Positions 46,720-55,871 of a stretch of DNA of 64,000 bases are shown here, piece by piece. How positions within the stretch are numbered: the stretch's first letter is position 1; the number at the start of each line of letters is the position of its first letter. The position numbers were made by a program, and so were the translations under genes. The notes below the pieces were generated by a model. The model saw nothing but the letters and a program-made list of their open reading frames with translations. It searched no databases and had not been told where the DNA came from. Source of the stretch: a virus (lineage: Duplodnaviria; Caudoviricetes). The DNA lies in the IMG/VR virus record IMGVR_UViG_3300006226_001703, positions 1-64,000 of that record. One strand, 5' to 3'.

Positions 46720-47427
46720 CTAAACTAAATAGTCCCATCTATATCCATTCATAGTTTTCTTATATTTGATACTTCTTCTAATAGAAGAAATTGATATGTC
46801 TAAATCATTAGCAGCATCTTCAGCACAGAGATAAATCTTTCCAGTAGTTTCGTTTATTATAGATTTACGTTTGGCCTTAGCAATAGACTCATTATGTGAT
46901 TTTGGCCTTTGAGATGCATAAATAGAAATCTTTTCATTTCGTTTCTTAATAGTCAATGGGTCAAGGTTAGACATTGCAAGTGATATTTTCTTCTTAATTA
47001 TAGCCGCTTTTCTTTTTCCAAATTGGGCTTCATAAGTTTCAGGCTTAAAGTACTTCTGATAACATTCTTCTGACTCTTTGTATTCTCTACTAAAAGCATG
47101 TCTAATTTGTGGAAACTTCTTTAATATGCAATATGCTTCAGTAAAATTTCCAATCGCATATTGTTCTTTGTTGGGTGTAAATAGCCATTCTCTTGCTCTT
47201 AGATAGTGGGCTTTAAAATGAATTGAAACTGGTAATTCAATTGTTTCAATCTCATCTAAATCTTTACATTCAAATGCTGGAATTATGTGATGAGTTTGAG
47301 TGAATATGTTATGGTCTTCATAAAACTTTTTATTGAATTGTTTCATGAATGTAATTAGCTCACTATATTCATCTATCTTTTCTGCGTGATAAAATTCTCC
47401 AAAAAAACATACATCAACAATCATCAA
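46720..47427 (-). CDS. putative homing endonuclease (HNH-like N-terminus, NUMOD-type C-terminus)
   Basis: HHIIP...H..AH; C-terminal INETTGKIYLCAEDAANDL.IS.SSIRR NUMOD1-like HTH. Confidence 0.65.
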   Translation of the reverse strand: MMIVDVCFFGEFYHAEKIDEYSELITFMKQFNKKFYEDHNIFTQTHHIIPAFECKDLDEIETIELPVSIHFKAHYLRAREWLFTPNKEQYAIGNFTEAYCILKKFPQIRHAFSREYKESEECYQKYFKPETYEAQFGKRKAAIIKKKISLAMSNLDPLTIKKRNEKISIYASQRPKSHNESIAKAKRKSIINETTGKIYLCAEDAANDLDISISSIRRSIKYKKTMNGYRWDYLV

Positions 47428-47435
47428 AACACCTC

Positions 47436-48136
47436 TGAACTTATTAGTTAGTCAAGTTTTATTTTGATGAAACTTTTAACATTCCCAATTTCTTTGCTAT
47501 TCTTCTATTATTTCTTAATTTAATGATATTTTCTATTTCTTCTCTTTTTCTTTCTTTTCTAACATTATTTATAATTTCTTTTATTATTTTTAATCTTTTA
47601 TTGTCTTCAACTTTTTTTCTATAATCTTCTATTCTTTTTTGATCTTCTAATAATTTCTTTTTATTCTTATATTTTCTTTTTCTAACATTATAAAAATTAT
47701 TATGCCCGCCTTTCATTATGTTTAAGTATAAAGGATCTTTCAATATTTTGTCAATAAATTCTTCCTCTAATTTATTTAATTCATCAAAAGAATCAGCCCA
47801 AGCTAAAACTTCTATTTTGAAATTCTTTGTGCCATATTTTCTTATTATATCTCTTATATATCTTCCTGACCCAAAATAATGAATATCTAAAATAGGACTT
47901 GAATGTTGACCAATATAAAATCTTTCGTATGGATGATTTTCCGTAGGAGGGACGGTTGTTTTATAAACATAACCAAAATATTCTTTTTCCATTTGTTTAA
48001 TTCCTTTTAAGTGGTTACCACGCCACTATAATAATTAGTAAAAAAGTTAGGCGGAACCAAATGTAATTCCGCCAAATAAAGGTGGTAACTTTATCTGTCC
48101 TTTTATATTTAGTTTAAATATGAACTTATTAGTTAG
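47436..48136. repeat. 16-bp perfect direct repeats flanking the GIY-YIG cassette
   Basis: TGAACTTATTAGTTAG at 47436-47451 and 48121-48136. Confidence 0.85.
47459..47992 (-). CDS. GIY-YIG (Seg-like) homing endonuclease
   Basis: GYVYKT...FYIGQH...YFGSG...LEEEFI...YLN. Confidence 0.85.
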   Translation of the reverse strand: MEKEYFGYVYKTTVPPTENHPYERFYIGQHSSPILDIHYFGSGRYIRDIIRKYGTKNFKIEVLAWADSFDELNKLEEEFIDKILKDPLYLNIMKGGHNNFYNVRKRKYKNKKKLLEDQKRIEDYRKKVEDNKRLKIIKEIINNVRKERKREEIENIIKLRNNRRIAKKLGMLKVSSK

Positions 48137-48199
48137 CCTTAAATTTAGCAATATTTTGTGAAAATTTTAAACTCACTATATAATCAAGGAGAATAAAGA

Positions 48200-48952
48200 A
48201 TGTCTTATAACAGAGGAAGAACAACCTCTCCAATTAGAGGTTTAGTAAATGCAGGTGCTGACTTATTAACGCACATGTATGATGTACGTATATTTTTTCC
48301 ATCAACAAGTGGGCAACCAGAAGAATCATCTTTTAGTGCTTATCCAATAACAGTTAGAGCAGATGGCTTCAAAATTCCTGACGTAAAAATTGAAACTTAT
48401 GAGATCAAGTACCATGGCGTACATATTGATCGACCTAAGGCAACTTTAACAATGGATAGAAAGTTTGATATGCAATTCAGAGAAGATGCTGCATTTGACT
48501 TAAGAAGAAGATTCACAGCTTGGTTAATGGCTATTGTTGATCCAGTAACTGGCGGTGTTTCAAATGCAACCCAGTTCTTTGGAAGAATAGAAGTAGCAAC
48601 AATTGCTGGTGCATATTTTGCAACAACAATTAACAGTCCAGTCGGTGACGGCGGAAAAACAGCAAGTAGAGGACCAACTGACGTCGAAGATACATTTGGT
48701 CATATCACATCTAGAAATGATGTTAACCCATTAGCAATGTGGAAATTCTACAATGTTTGGGTATCAGGTGTTTCTGGTATTGATTTCAAAACTGAATCAG
48801 GGGACCCAAATAAGTTCACTGTTAACTTTCACTTTATGGATTGTGATTATCCACAATATGGTGGTAACACATTATCACTTAGCAAATCAACAATCGATGA
48901 CTGGAAAGAAGTCGTTGGTAGTCCTGGTTGGACATCTGTATTGGATAGATAA
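48200..48952 (+). CDS. tail tube protein (T4 gp19-like)
   Basis: ADGFKIPDVKIETYEIKYHG...FREDAAFDLRRRFTAW...KFYNVW...FTVNFHF layout. Confidence 0.7.
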   Translation: MSYNRGRTTSPIRGLVNAGADLLTHMYDVRIFFPSTSGQPEESSFSAYPITVRADGFKIPDVKIETYEIKYHGVHIDRPKATLTMDRKFDMQFREDAAFDLRRRFTAWLMAIVDPVTGGVSNATQFFGRIEVATIAGAYFATTINSPVGDGGKTASRGPTDVEDTFGHITSRNDVNPLAMWKFYNVWVSGVSGIDFKTESGDPNKFTVNFHFMDCDYPQYGGNTLSLSKSTIDDWKEVVGSPGWTSVLDR

Positions 48953-48954
48953 TT

Positions 48955-49137
48955 ATGAAAGATGAAGATGTAATCGAGAGATTAGAAGAAATAATCGACA
49001 CAATTAGAGCCGGTAACAGAGAACAAGCTGAAACTGATCTTGCTGACTTATATGATGAAATATCAGAAGAGTATGAAGATTGGGATGATGTTGATGAAGA
49101 TGAATATGACGAAGAAGAGGAAGAAGAAAACGAATGA
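48955..49137 (+). CDS. small acidic protein
   Basis: 60 aa, D/E-rich tail. Confidence 0.6.
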   Translation: MKDEDVIERLEEIIDTIRAGNREQAETDLADLYDEISEEYEDWDDVDEDEYDEEEEEENE

Positions 49138-49400
49138 AAGTGAGTCAACTTAAACGCATTTTAGAGTATGCACTTGAAAGATTAGAAGATTATGAAGGTG
49201 ATGAAAAAATTGAAATGCAGTCAAACACTTATTTCGTTAAAAATGCAAAAATGTTTGTTGGTTGTAACGAAGGCTATTTTGATTTAGAAAACATCGAAGT
49301 TGAATTTGATGATGATAGATGTGAATCATGTAAGGGACAAATTGAGTGGAACGAAGATGGAACTGCAGGTATTTGTTCAAGATGTGGTGAAGAATATTAA
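49134..49400 (+). CDS. small acidic protein with Zn ribbon
   Basis: CESC...CSRCG. Confidence 0.6.
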   Translation: MKVSQLKRILEYALERLEDYEGDEKIEMQSNTYFVKNAKMFVGCNEGYFDLENIEVEFDDDRCESCKGQIEWNEDGTAGICSRCGEEY

Positions 49401-49411
49401 GGAGGTTAGCT

Positions 49412-49501
49412 ATGGGAAATAAGAATAAAGCTAAGGCAAAAGGTAACCCCCAGCCAGTTGCAAAAAACAAGCCAAAACAGAAAACTAAAAAGAAAAAGTA
49501 A
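49412..49501 (+). CDS. 29-aa lysine-rich peptide (not in ORF track)
   Basis: AAGGAGG RBS; MGNKNKAKAKGNPQPVAKNKPKQKTKKKK; followed by a terminator. Confidence 0.55.
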   Translation: MGNKNKAKAKGNPQPVAKNKPKQKTKKKK

Positions 49502-49507
49502 TAAAAT

Positions 49508-49533
49508 AGGGCACTATTTTAAGTGCCCTTTTT
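49508..49533 (+). terminator. Rho-independent terminator
   Basis: AGGGCACT/AGTGCCCT stem plus T-run. Confidence 0.7.
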
Positions 49534-49563
49534 ATTTATATTGTTCAATTAAACTAAATAATT

Positions 49564-50703
49564 ATGAAAGAGAAAGCAATTTTAAATCAAATATATGAAG
49601 AAGTGTATGACACTAAAATTCCAGAAAAAGAGAAATTTCTTGAAAATTACGATAGAAATGAAGACCAACTTTCAGAAATGCAATGTGCAGGAGATGGTGG
49701 ACCATCATCAATAACACAATGCGCACCAGAAGGCGGCACTCCAAAAAGATTAGATGAAGCTAATAGAGCTGAATACACTAAAGATTGGGATGAAGAAAGA
49801 TTCAATGATGAAATGATGCCAGGTTTTACTGGTTTCTGCCCAGATTGTGGTGATGAAATGTATCATGGAAAATGTGATGCATGTGAGTCAATGAATGGTG
49901 TTGAGTGTGATAGTTGTGGCGCGTGGATTCATGGTGATGGTGAAATCTGGGGACCAGGTGAAAATGGTGAAGGACCAGCCTACTGTGAAGATTGTTGGAA
50001 ACAACAAGAAGTTTGGAAAGACGCAGGTTTAGATGATGACTCATTAGATGAAATGGGTAACATCGTTGGTAAACCTGACCACAAAAGAAGCCCATCAAAA
50101 ACTGGTAGAAGGTCATTAACTGATTTAACTTTAGACGAAGTTGAAATGTATAATGATGATGAAACGGATTCATTGGATGATTTAGAAGATGATTATGTTG
50201 ATGAAGACGATTGGGAAACTCAAGAAATGATGGGCTTTGATCCTGGTGATGAATATTTTGATGTTGATGATGACTGGGATGAAGAAGATGATGATGACTT
50301 ATTAGAAGAGCACATTAAACAACGATTAGCCCATCGTAAAACTCAATTAAACAATAAACTAACTGAGGCCGTTAAAGACGGAACCTTAGATGAAAAGAAT
50401 GACTTATATGTTAGGTATCAGTTGCAAGATTGGGACATACCAAACCCAAAAGGTACCCCTGAAGAATATGCCAGTTACAATTACCATAGAGAATATCAGA
50501 ACAAACGAATTAAAGCAAGAGAAAAAAGACATAGACAAGAAAAAGAAGAAAGATTTAGCTCATTTGCCTCACCTCGACATACGACAAGTTCTGGTAATCT
50601 ATTAGATGGACAAAATGACGAATTCTTAGAGCAATGGATGTCAGACAAAAAACAAGCAATGACTTTGAATGAACGCATTGATTCGTTTTTGAAGGGAATT
50701 TAA
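49564..50703 (+). CDS. highly acidic putative internal head protein with Zn ribbons
   Basis: ACTAAATA motif upstream; repeated LDE/LEE/LTE/LNE; CxxC pairs. Confidence 0.55.
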   Translation: MKEKAILNQIYEEVYDTKIPEKEKFLENYDRNEDQLSEMQCAGDGGPSSITQCAPEGGTPKRLDEANRAEYTKDWDEERFNDEMMPGFTGFCPDCGDEMYHGKCDACESMNGVECDSCGAWIHGDGEIWGPGENGEGPAYCEDCWKQQEVWKDAGLDDDSLDEMGNIVGKPDHKRSPSKTGRRSLTDLTLDEVEMYNDDETDSLDDLEDDYVDEDDWETQEMMGFDPGDEYFDVDDDWDEEDDDDLLEEHIKQRLAHRKTQLNNKLTEAVKDGTLDEKNDLYVRYQLQDWDIPNPKGTPEEYASYNYHREYQNKRIKAREKRHRQEKEERFSSFASPRHTTSSGNLLDGQNDEFLEQWMSDKKQAMTLNERIDSFLKGI

Positions 50704-51416
50704 TGCTCAAGATATTGTGGGAAAAGTTCATTAATTGGATTTTGGGTATTTCCAAAACTCCAGTAGAGGACCCTTATGTGCCAGAAGTAAAAGAAGAATT
50801 ACCAGTTACAGAAAATGTTGAAAAACCAACTATGGAGGAAAAAGAAGTGAGTTTACAAATTACTGAGAATTTGTTAGTAAAAGGATCCACTAACAGACGT
50901 GGAGACGCAATGCGTGACTTACGCGGTATTGTGTTACATTGGGTTGGAGCAGTCAATCAGACATCCCTTCAGACCCGCAATTTTATTGCAAACAGAACCG
51001 ACTTTGGAAGTTACAATTATCTAATCAATCATGATGGAGAGATTATGAGATTGATTCCAGAAAATGAAGTCGCTTGGCATGTTGGTACATCTCAACCAGA
51101 CCCAGTGTCAAAGTTGATTTACACACCACGAGCTAGGGAGATTATTGGTGACCAAGTTGCTAATGCAAAAACAGCAAATTGGCATACTATTGGAATTGGT
51201 ATGAACCATAAAACATGGAATGAGTTTACACCTGAAACTTTGAACTCATGTATTTCGCTTTGTGCAGATATATGTAGAAGAACAGGTTTAGATCCTTCAA
51301 GAATAAGCAACCATTGGGAAATGGTGGGATGGAAAAGGTGCCCAGAATTTTGGGCTAAAGATCCAGCTCAGTTTGAGTTCTTCAAAGATCAAGTTAGAAA
51401 AGCAATAGGAGTATAA
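50703..51416 (+). CDS. N-acetylmuramoyl-L-alanine amidase (Amidase_2), putative endolysin
   Basis: IVLHW, YLI, AWHVG, TIGI, NHWE, KRCP zinc-amidase motifs. Confidence 0.85.
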   Translation: MLKILWEKFINWILGISKTPVEDPYVPEVKEELPVTENVEKPTMEEKEVSLQITENLLVKGSTNRRGDAMRDLRGIVLHWVGAVNQTSLQTRNFIANRTDFGSYNYLINHDGEIMRLIPENEVAWHVGTSQPDPVSKLIYTPRAREIIGDQVANAKTANWHTIGIGMNHKTWNEFTPETLNSCISLCADICRRTGLDPSRISNHWEMVGWKRCPEFWAKDPAQFEFFKDQVRKAIGV

Positions 51417-51418
51417 AT

Positions 51419-51577
51419 ATGAGTGATGTATATGAAACAGCAACACAATGTGAATGTGAAGGCGAATGTGAAATCAAGTGCACAAAAGGTTGCACACCTG
51501 AAAAACCAGAAGATGAAGTAAATGTCGACAACGACTTACAGAATGACCCTGCATTAGCTTACGGGGAAGATGCATAG
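51419..51577 (+). CDS. small Cys-rich acidic protein (52 aa, not in ORF track)
   Basis: hand translation MSDVYETATQCECEGECEIKCTKGC...YGEDA. Confidence 0.45.
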   Translation: MSDVYETATQCECEGECEIKCTKGCTPEKPEDEVNVDNDLQNDPALAYGEDA

Positions 51578-51584
51578 GAAATAA

Positions 51585-52979
51585 ATGAAGACTTTTCAAC
51601 AGATTTATGAAAATTCGTTAGTCCCAAATGGCCAGGGTGGAGCATTAAGACCGCAAGGATTAATGATCCACCATTCTGGAGGAAGAGGAACTGTTCAAGG
51701 TGTTATCAACGTTTTGAAACAGAGAGGATTAGCTTATCACTACATAATTGATAGAGAAGGAAAAGTCAACAGAATTGGAGATATAAACAGACAAGCATGG
51801 CATGCGGGTGTAGTTGAAAAGCTACCCCGCTTTAATAACCAAACTACTATTGGTATTTCATTAATTGCAAATGATGAAAATGATGTTTTACCAGAACAGA
51901 GACAAGCTTGTCAACAATTAGCTCAGCAGTTGGGGCAGCAATATGGTTTTGACCCAACTAAAACTACAGTTGGACATGGAGAAGCAACTTCCAGAAAACA
52001 ACCAACTGAAGGTGCAACAGCTAAAATGATTAGAGGTGAAGCAACACCTGAAATGCTAAATGCGCAATCAGCTCAAGGACAACAAAGTGGAAGAAGTGGT
52101 GGAGGTAACATAATTACTAGAGCCATAGACAGAGTAAAAGGTGCATTCAAAAAGAAAAACATACCAGACTTAGTCAAAGATGTTATTGCTGGCAAATATG
52201 GTAATGGAAATCAAAGAAAACAAAAGCTAGACTCAGAATTTGGGCCTGGCACTTATCAAGAGGTACAAGCAGCTGTGAATAAGGAATTACAAGAGAACTT
52301 AAATAGTTTTATAGAGTATTCTAATAACTATAAACAAGTAACAGAACAAATGAGAGAAGAGCAACAAAATGCTCGTTTCGTTAAACATATTAGAGAAGGT
52401 AAATGGACCCCAACTGAAAAATTTACAGAAGCTTATGTTGAGTTAATTCCCCATATTAGTAAAGATGAATGGCCACTATTAAGAGAAACTCTAATGTTGC
52501 TTGCTTATCAAGAATCAAGAATCTTTAACCCATCATTTGCCTTAAGAGAAAATAAGTCAAACTTATTAGAAGACTATTTCTTAACAGCTGCATTTTCTAA
52601 TCCATTAATTGAAAAGTTCTCATTAGATGAACGATTTGATGACACTAGAGAAAAACTTAATGAATTTCTTGGTGGATTAGTTGGTGGACTTGCCAAAAAA
52701 GCAGGTGGTGCTCTTTTGGGCAAAGTTGCTGGAGGCGGAGGAGGTGGTGGTCTTCTCGGTGGACTTAAATCAAAAATCGGCGGTCTCCTTGGAGGAGGAG
52801 GCGGACAAGGCGGGGGAGGTCTTGGCGGAATTATTAAGAATATGCTTGCAGGCGGGAAAATTGACAAAGGTCAAATTACTAATATTGCCAAAGGTGTCTC
52901 AAAACAATTAGGAGACGGTATTAAACAGAATGTATTGCAAACGTTAGTTCAATCATTCGCAGGTGGTGGAGCAGCATAA
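51585..52979 (+). CDS. amidase + CW_7 + shared pro-domain + Gly-rich tail; putative virion-internal lysin
   Basis: IHHSG, YHYII, AWHAG, GHGE; VIAGKYGNG CW_7 motif; GKWTP...LRET...IFNP paralog domain. Confidence 0.75.
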   Translation: MKTFQQIYENSLVPNGQGGALRPQGLMIHHSGGRGTVQGVINVLKQRGLAYHYIIDREGKVNRIGDINRQAWHAGVVEKLPRFNNQTTIGISLIANDENDVLPEQRQACQQLAQQLGQQYGFDPTKTTVGHGEATSRKQPTEGATAKMIRGEATPEMLNAQSAQGQQSGRSGGGNIITRAIDRVKGAFKKKNIPDLVKDVIAGKYGNGNQRKQKLDSEFGPGTYQEVQAAVNKELQENLNSFIEYSNNYKQVTEQMREEQQNARFVKHIREGKWTPTEKFTEAYVELIPHISKDEWPLLRETLMLLAYQESRIFNPSFALRENKSNLLEDYFLTAAFSNPLIEKFSLDERFDDTREKLNEFLGGLVGGLAKKAGGALLGKVAGGGGGGGLLGGLKSKIGGLLGGGGGQGGGGLGGIIKNMLAGGKIDKGQITNIAKGVSKQLGDGIKQNVLQTLVQSFAGGGAA

Positions 52980-53908
52980 TGGAATTGGATTCCTTCATTG
53001 AATATGCAGATAATTACTCATCAATAAAAGAGCGAAATAAAAGATTTCGTTTTTTTGAATCAGTTCAAAAAGGTGAATGGATTCCAGAAGAAAAAATATC
53101 AGAAGCATACATACCATTGGCTAAATATATGCTTCCAGATGAGTGGCCAATTTTAAGAGAAACTATCATTGAGTTGGAAAAAATGGAGGAAAGAATCTTC
53201 AATCCAACTTTTAATGTATTAAAAGAGAATAAAATAATTGAAAGTTACTATTTAACTTCAATTTTTAAGAATAGACATATAAGAGAAAGTGCAGATGATC
53301 GTTATAGTGAAAGATCATTTGAACTTGACCAAATGAGAGAAGAACAGTTAGAAGAATTCCTCAAAAAAGCATTTAACAAAGTTAAGGGTGCAATTGGCGG
53401 ATTAGCTGGTGCAGCAGGTAGTATGGGCGGAGCCAAAATTGGCGGTATGTTAGGCGGCGCCATTGGCAGTATCATACCTGGAGCAGGAACTGCTATTGGT
53501 GCCGGATTAGGTTCAGCATTAGGCGGTGCCATCGGTGGTAAAATTGGAAATAAAGCCGGTAGTGCTATTGGTGGAGATAAGAAAACTTCTGGCATATTTG
53601 GTAAGATTGGAAATGTAGCAAGTATGGCAGTGGGTGGAGGCGGAGCCGCTGGTGGTGGAATTGGAAAGGCTTTAGGATCCGTTTTTGGCGGAGGACAAAG
53701 TGGTGGAATGGTTGGAACATTCATGGGCGTAGCTGATAAGCTTGCTCAAGGAAATATTCAACCAAATCAAATTTTACAGCAGTTTGGCGGCAACGCTGGA
53801 AATGCTATAACTCAACTTGGTAGTCAATTAGGTGTTAACTTAAATGATATGGTTCAGAATGCAATAAATCAAGGAGTTACACAAGCAATGCATGGATCGG
53901 CGGCATAA
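52979..53908 (+). CDS. paralog-family virion protein with glycine-zipper cargo
   Basis: GEWIP...LRET...IFNP domain then GxxxG repeats. Confidence 0.7.
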   Translation: MELDSFIEYADNYSSIKERNKRFRFFESVQKGEWIPEEKISEAYIPLAKYMLPDEWPILRETIIELEKMEERIFNPTFNVLKENKIIESYYLTSIFKNRHIRESADDRYSERSFELDQMREEQLEEFLKKAFNKVKGAIGGLAGAAGSMGGAKIGGMLGGAIGSIIPGAGTAIGAGLGSALGGAIGGKIGNKAGSAIGGDKKTSGIFGKIGNVASMAVGGGGAAGGGIGKALGSVFGGGQSGGMVGTFMGVADKLAQGNIQPNQILQQFGGNAGNAITQLGSQLGVNLNDMVQNAINQGVTQAMHGSAA

Positions 53909-54123
53909 TGGCAGACTTAAAAGCAGCATGTGCTGCAGTAGTAGAATATTTTGATGAAATGTTAAATAAAACTTATTCAGGTCCTGCAACAGCAATGTTA
54001 CAGGCTGAATTAAATAATCCGCAAACTAGTGAAATGACTAAGAATGCGATAGATATAGTAGAAGACACTTTAAAAGACGAAATGGTAGATGACGTTGTAG
54101 GTGTACCAGAGGAGCAACAATAA
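53908..54123 (+). CDS. hypothetical protein
   Basis: 71-aa ORF coupled at both ends. Confidence 0.6.
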   Translation: MADLKAACAAVVEYFDEMLNKTYSGPATAMLQAELNNPQTSEMTKNAIDIVEDTLKDEMVDDVVGVPEEQQ

Positions 54124-55871
54124 TGAATGATTTTGAAAAAATATTTAATGAAAGTAACAAAGAGTTTGTAAAAACTTATTCACAAATATATGAACACATA
54201 AGAGAAGAGCAAGAAGCTTTAAGTGAAAATCAAATAATTATTGAAGCTGCAGCTGGTGGCTATTGGATTCCTGAGTTTAAATTATCAGAATTCTATAAAG
54301 AAACAATGCACACTTTTCATGATAATGATTGGTCTATTTTAAGAGAAGCTATCCCAGAAATGGAAAGATTAGAACAAAAAATATTCCATAAATCATTTGA
54401 ACATAAGAGTGATAATTATAAAAATAAATTATTAGAAAGTTATGCTAGAACTTCTTTATTTACTAACACACAACAATTAAGAGAAAGTAATAGCACATAT
54501 AAAAATAGATTAGATAATAATAGAAAACGCTTAATTGAAAACACATCTTTTATTGTATTAAGAGAAGATGAAAGATTCAAAGATCGTTTAGCTCAATTTT
54601 TAATAGACCATATTGAAGCAGGTAATCTTGATGTTGATACTGCTAAAACAGTACAGTCACTATATATGACAAATCCACAACAAGCTGCTGCACAATATAG
54701 TAATATTATAACAGCATTTAAAAATGGTTTAGCTCCAACTGAACAAGCAACTTTTGAAGCAACACTAGGCGGCCCCGCAAGAGATCAACATGAGGGTGGT
54801 TTAAGAAGATTTGGTGGTGGATTAGCAAAATTAGCAAGCGGTGTTTTAGGTGCTGTAATGATGATTCCACAAGCATTAAAATTTACAGCAATTTTTACTC
54901 CAATTTGTGTTTTCGCTGGGCCGGCAGCTCCTGTAGTTGCATTTATTTTAGCTATTATTACTGTAATGTTATTAAATGCAGTTGCAAAATATGCAGCAGA
55001 AAAATTAACGGCATGGCTTGTACCAAAAATTATGGCTGCATGTAAAAAAGCCCCATTTAAGTTTATTAGAAATATTGCAAATAATGCCCCTAATGCATTA
55101 GAAAGATTTTTAACTATAGTTATTTCAGCTTTAGTAACAATAGTTGTAATGATAGCAGGGGGGAAAATGGTAGCAGGTGGGGCTGGTAGATTAGCAGCTG
55201 GAATAGATGCAGCTAAAAGTTCAGGTGGTGGAATTGTTAATCAAGGAAGATCATTTACACAGGGATTATTTAGTAGAGATGCTGGAAGAACTGGAAGAGA
55301 TATCTTTAAAACAGCAATGAAACCTGGTGAAGTTTCTATTAATCCAAATACAGGAAATCCGCTATCACTTACAGATCTTCCAGGTGTAAGTAGGTTAACC
55401 AATATTCCAGGAGCAAATAATGTAATTGGTGGATTAAATCAAATGGCAACAGCAGGCGGACGTTCATTGGCTGCCGGCATGGGTGCAGCAAATGGAATGA
55501 GTAATCTTGCAACCCAAGATATGAATTATCGTCCAAATGATAATCCAATGATGAATAGATATTATAGTCAATTACAAAACTCTTCATTATATGATTTCAG
55601 TGATATTTATATGAGATCAAAATTAAATGAAGGAGAAAAATTAGATGAAGGTCTAATTCAAAAAATTAAACAAATAGTTGAAGCTTTAAAAGCTAAAATT
55701 GGAGAAATAAAACAAGCTTGGCAACAATTACTAGCAGCAGCTAAGGGTGAATCACCTGAAGCAGCAGCTGAAGTAGAGAACTCTGGTGCTGATGAACAAA
55801 GCTCATCTGAAACAAATGAATCAGCAACATCAGAACAATCAGAGGAAAATGAAACTGAGGAACTAACATGA
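54123..55871 (+). CDS. paralog-family virion protein with transmembrane cargo
   Basis: GYWIP...LREA...IFH domain; two long hydrophobic segments. Confidence 0.7.
   Translation: MNDFEKIFNESNKEFVKTYSQIYEHIREEQEALSENQIIIEAAAGGYWIPEFKLSEFYKETMHTFHDNDWSILREAIPEMERLEQKIFHKSFEHKSDNYKNKLLESYARTSLFTNTQQLRESNSTYKNRLDNNRKRLIENTSFIVLREDERFKDRLAQFLIDHIEAGNLDVDTAKTVQSLYMTNPQQAAAQYSNIITAFKNGLAPTEQATFEATLGGPARDQHEGGLRRFGGGLAKLASGVLGAVMMIPQALKFTAIFTPICVFAGPAAPVVAFILAIITVMLLNAVAKYAAEKLTAWLVPKIMAACKKAPFKFIRNIANNAPNALERFLTIVISALVTIVVMIAGGKMVAGGAGRLAAGIDAAKSSGGGIVNQGRSFTQGLFSRDAGRTGRDIFKTAMKPGEVSINPNTGNPLSLTDLPGVSRLTNIPGANNVIGGLNQMATAGGRSLAAGMGAANGMSNLATQDMNYRPNDNPMMNRYYSQLQNSSLYDFSDIYMRSKLNEGEKLDEGLIQKIKQIVEALKAKIGEIKQAWQQLLAAAKGESPEAAAEVENSGADEQSSSETNESATSEQSEENETEELT

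Noticed and set aside
46620-48199. Group I intron carrying the endonucleases
   Set aside because: No split host gene is evident; the flanks are a small Zn protein gene and the divergent tail-tube gene, so the endonucleases look free-standing
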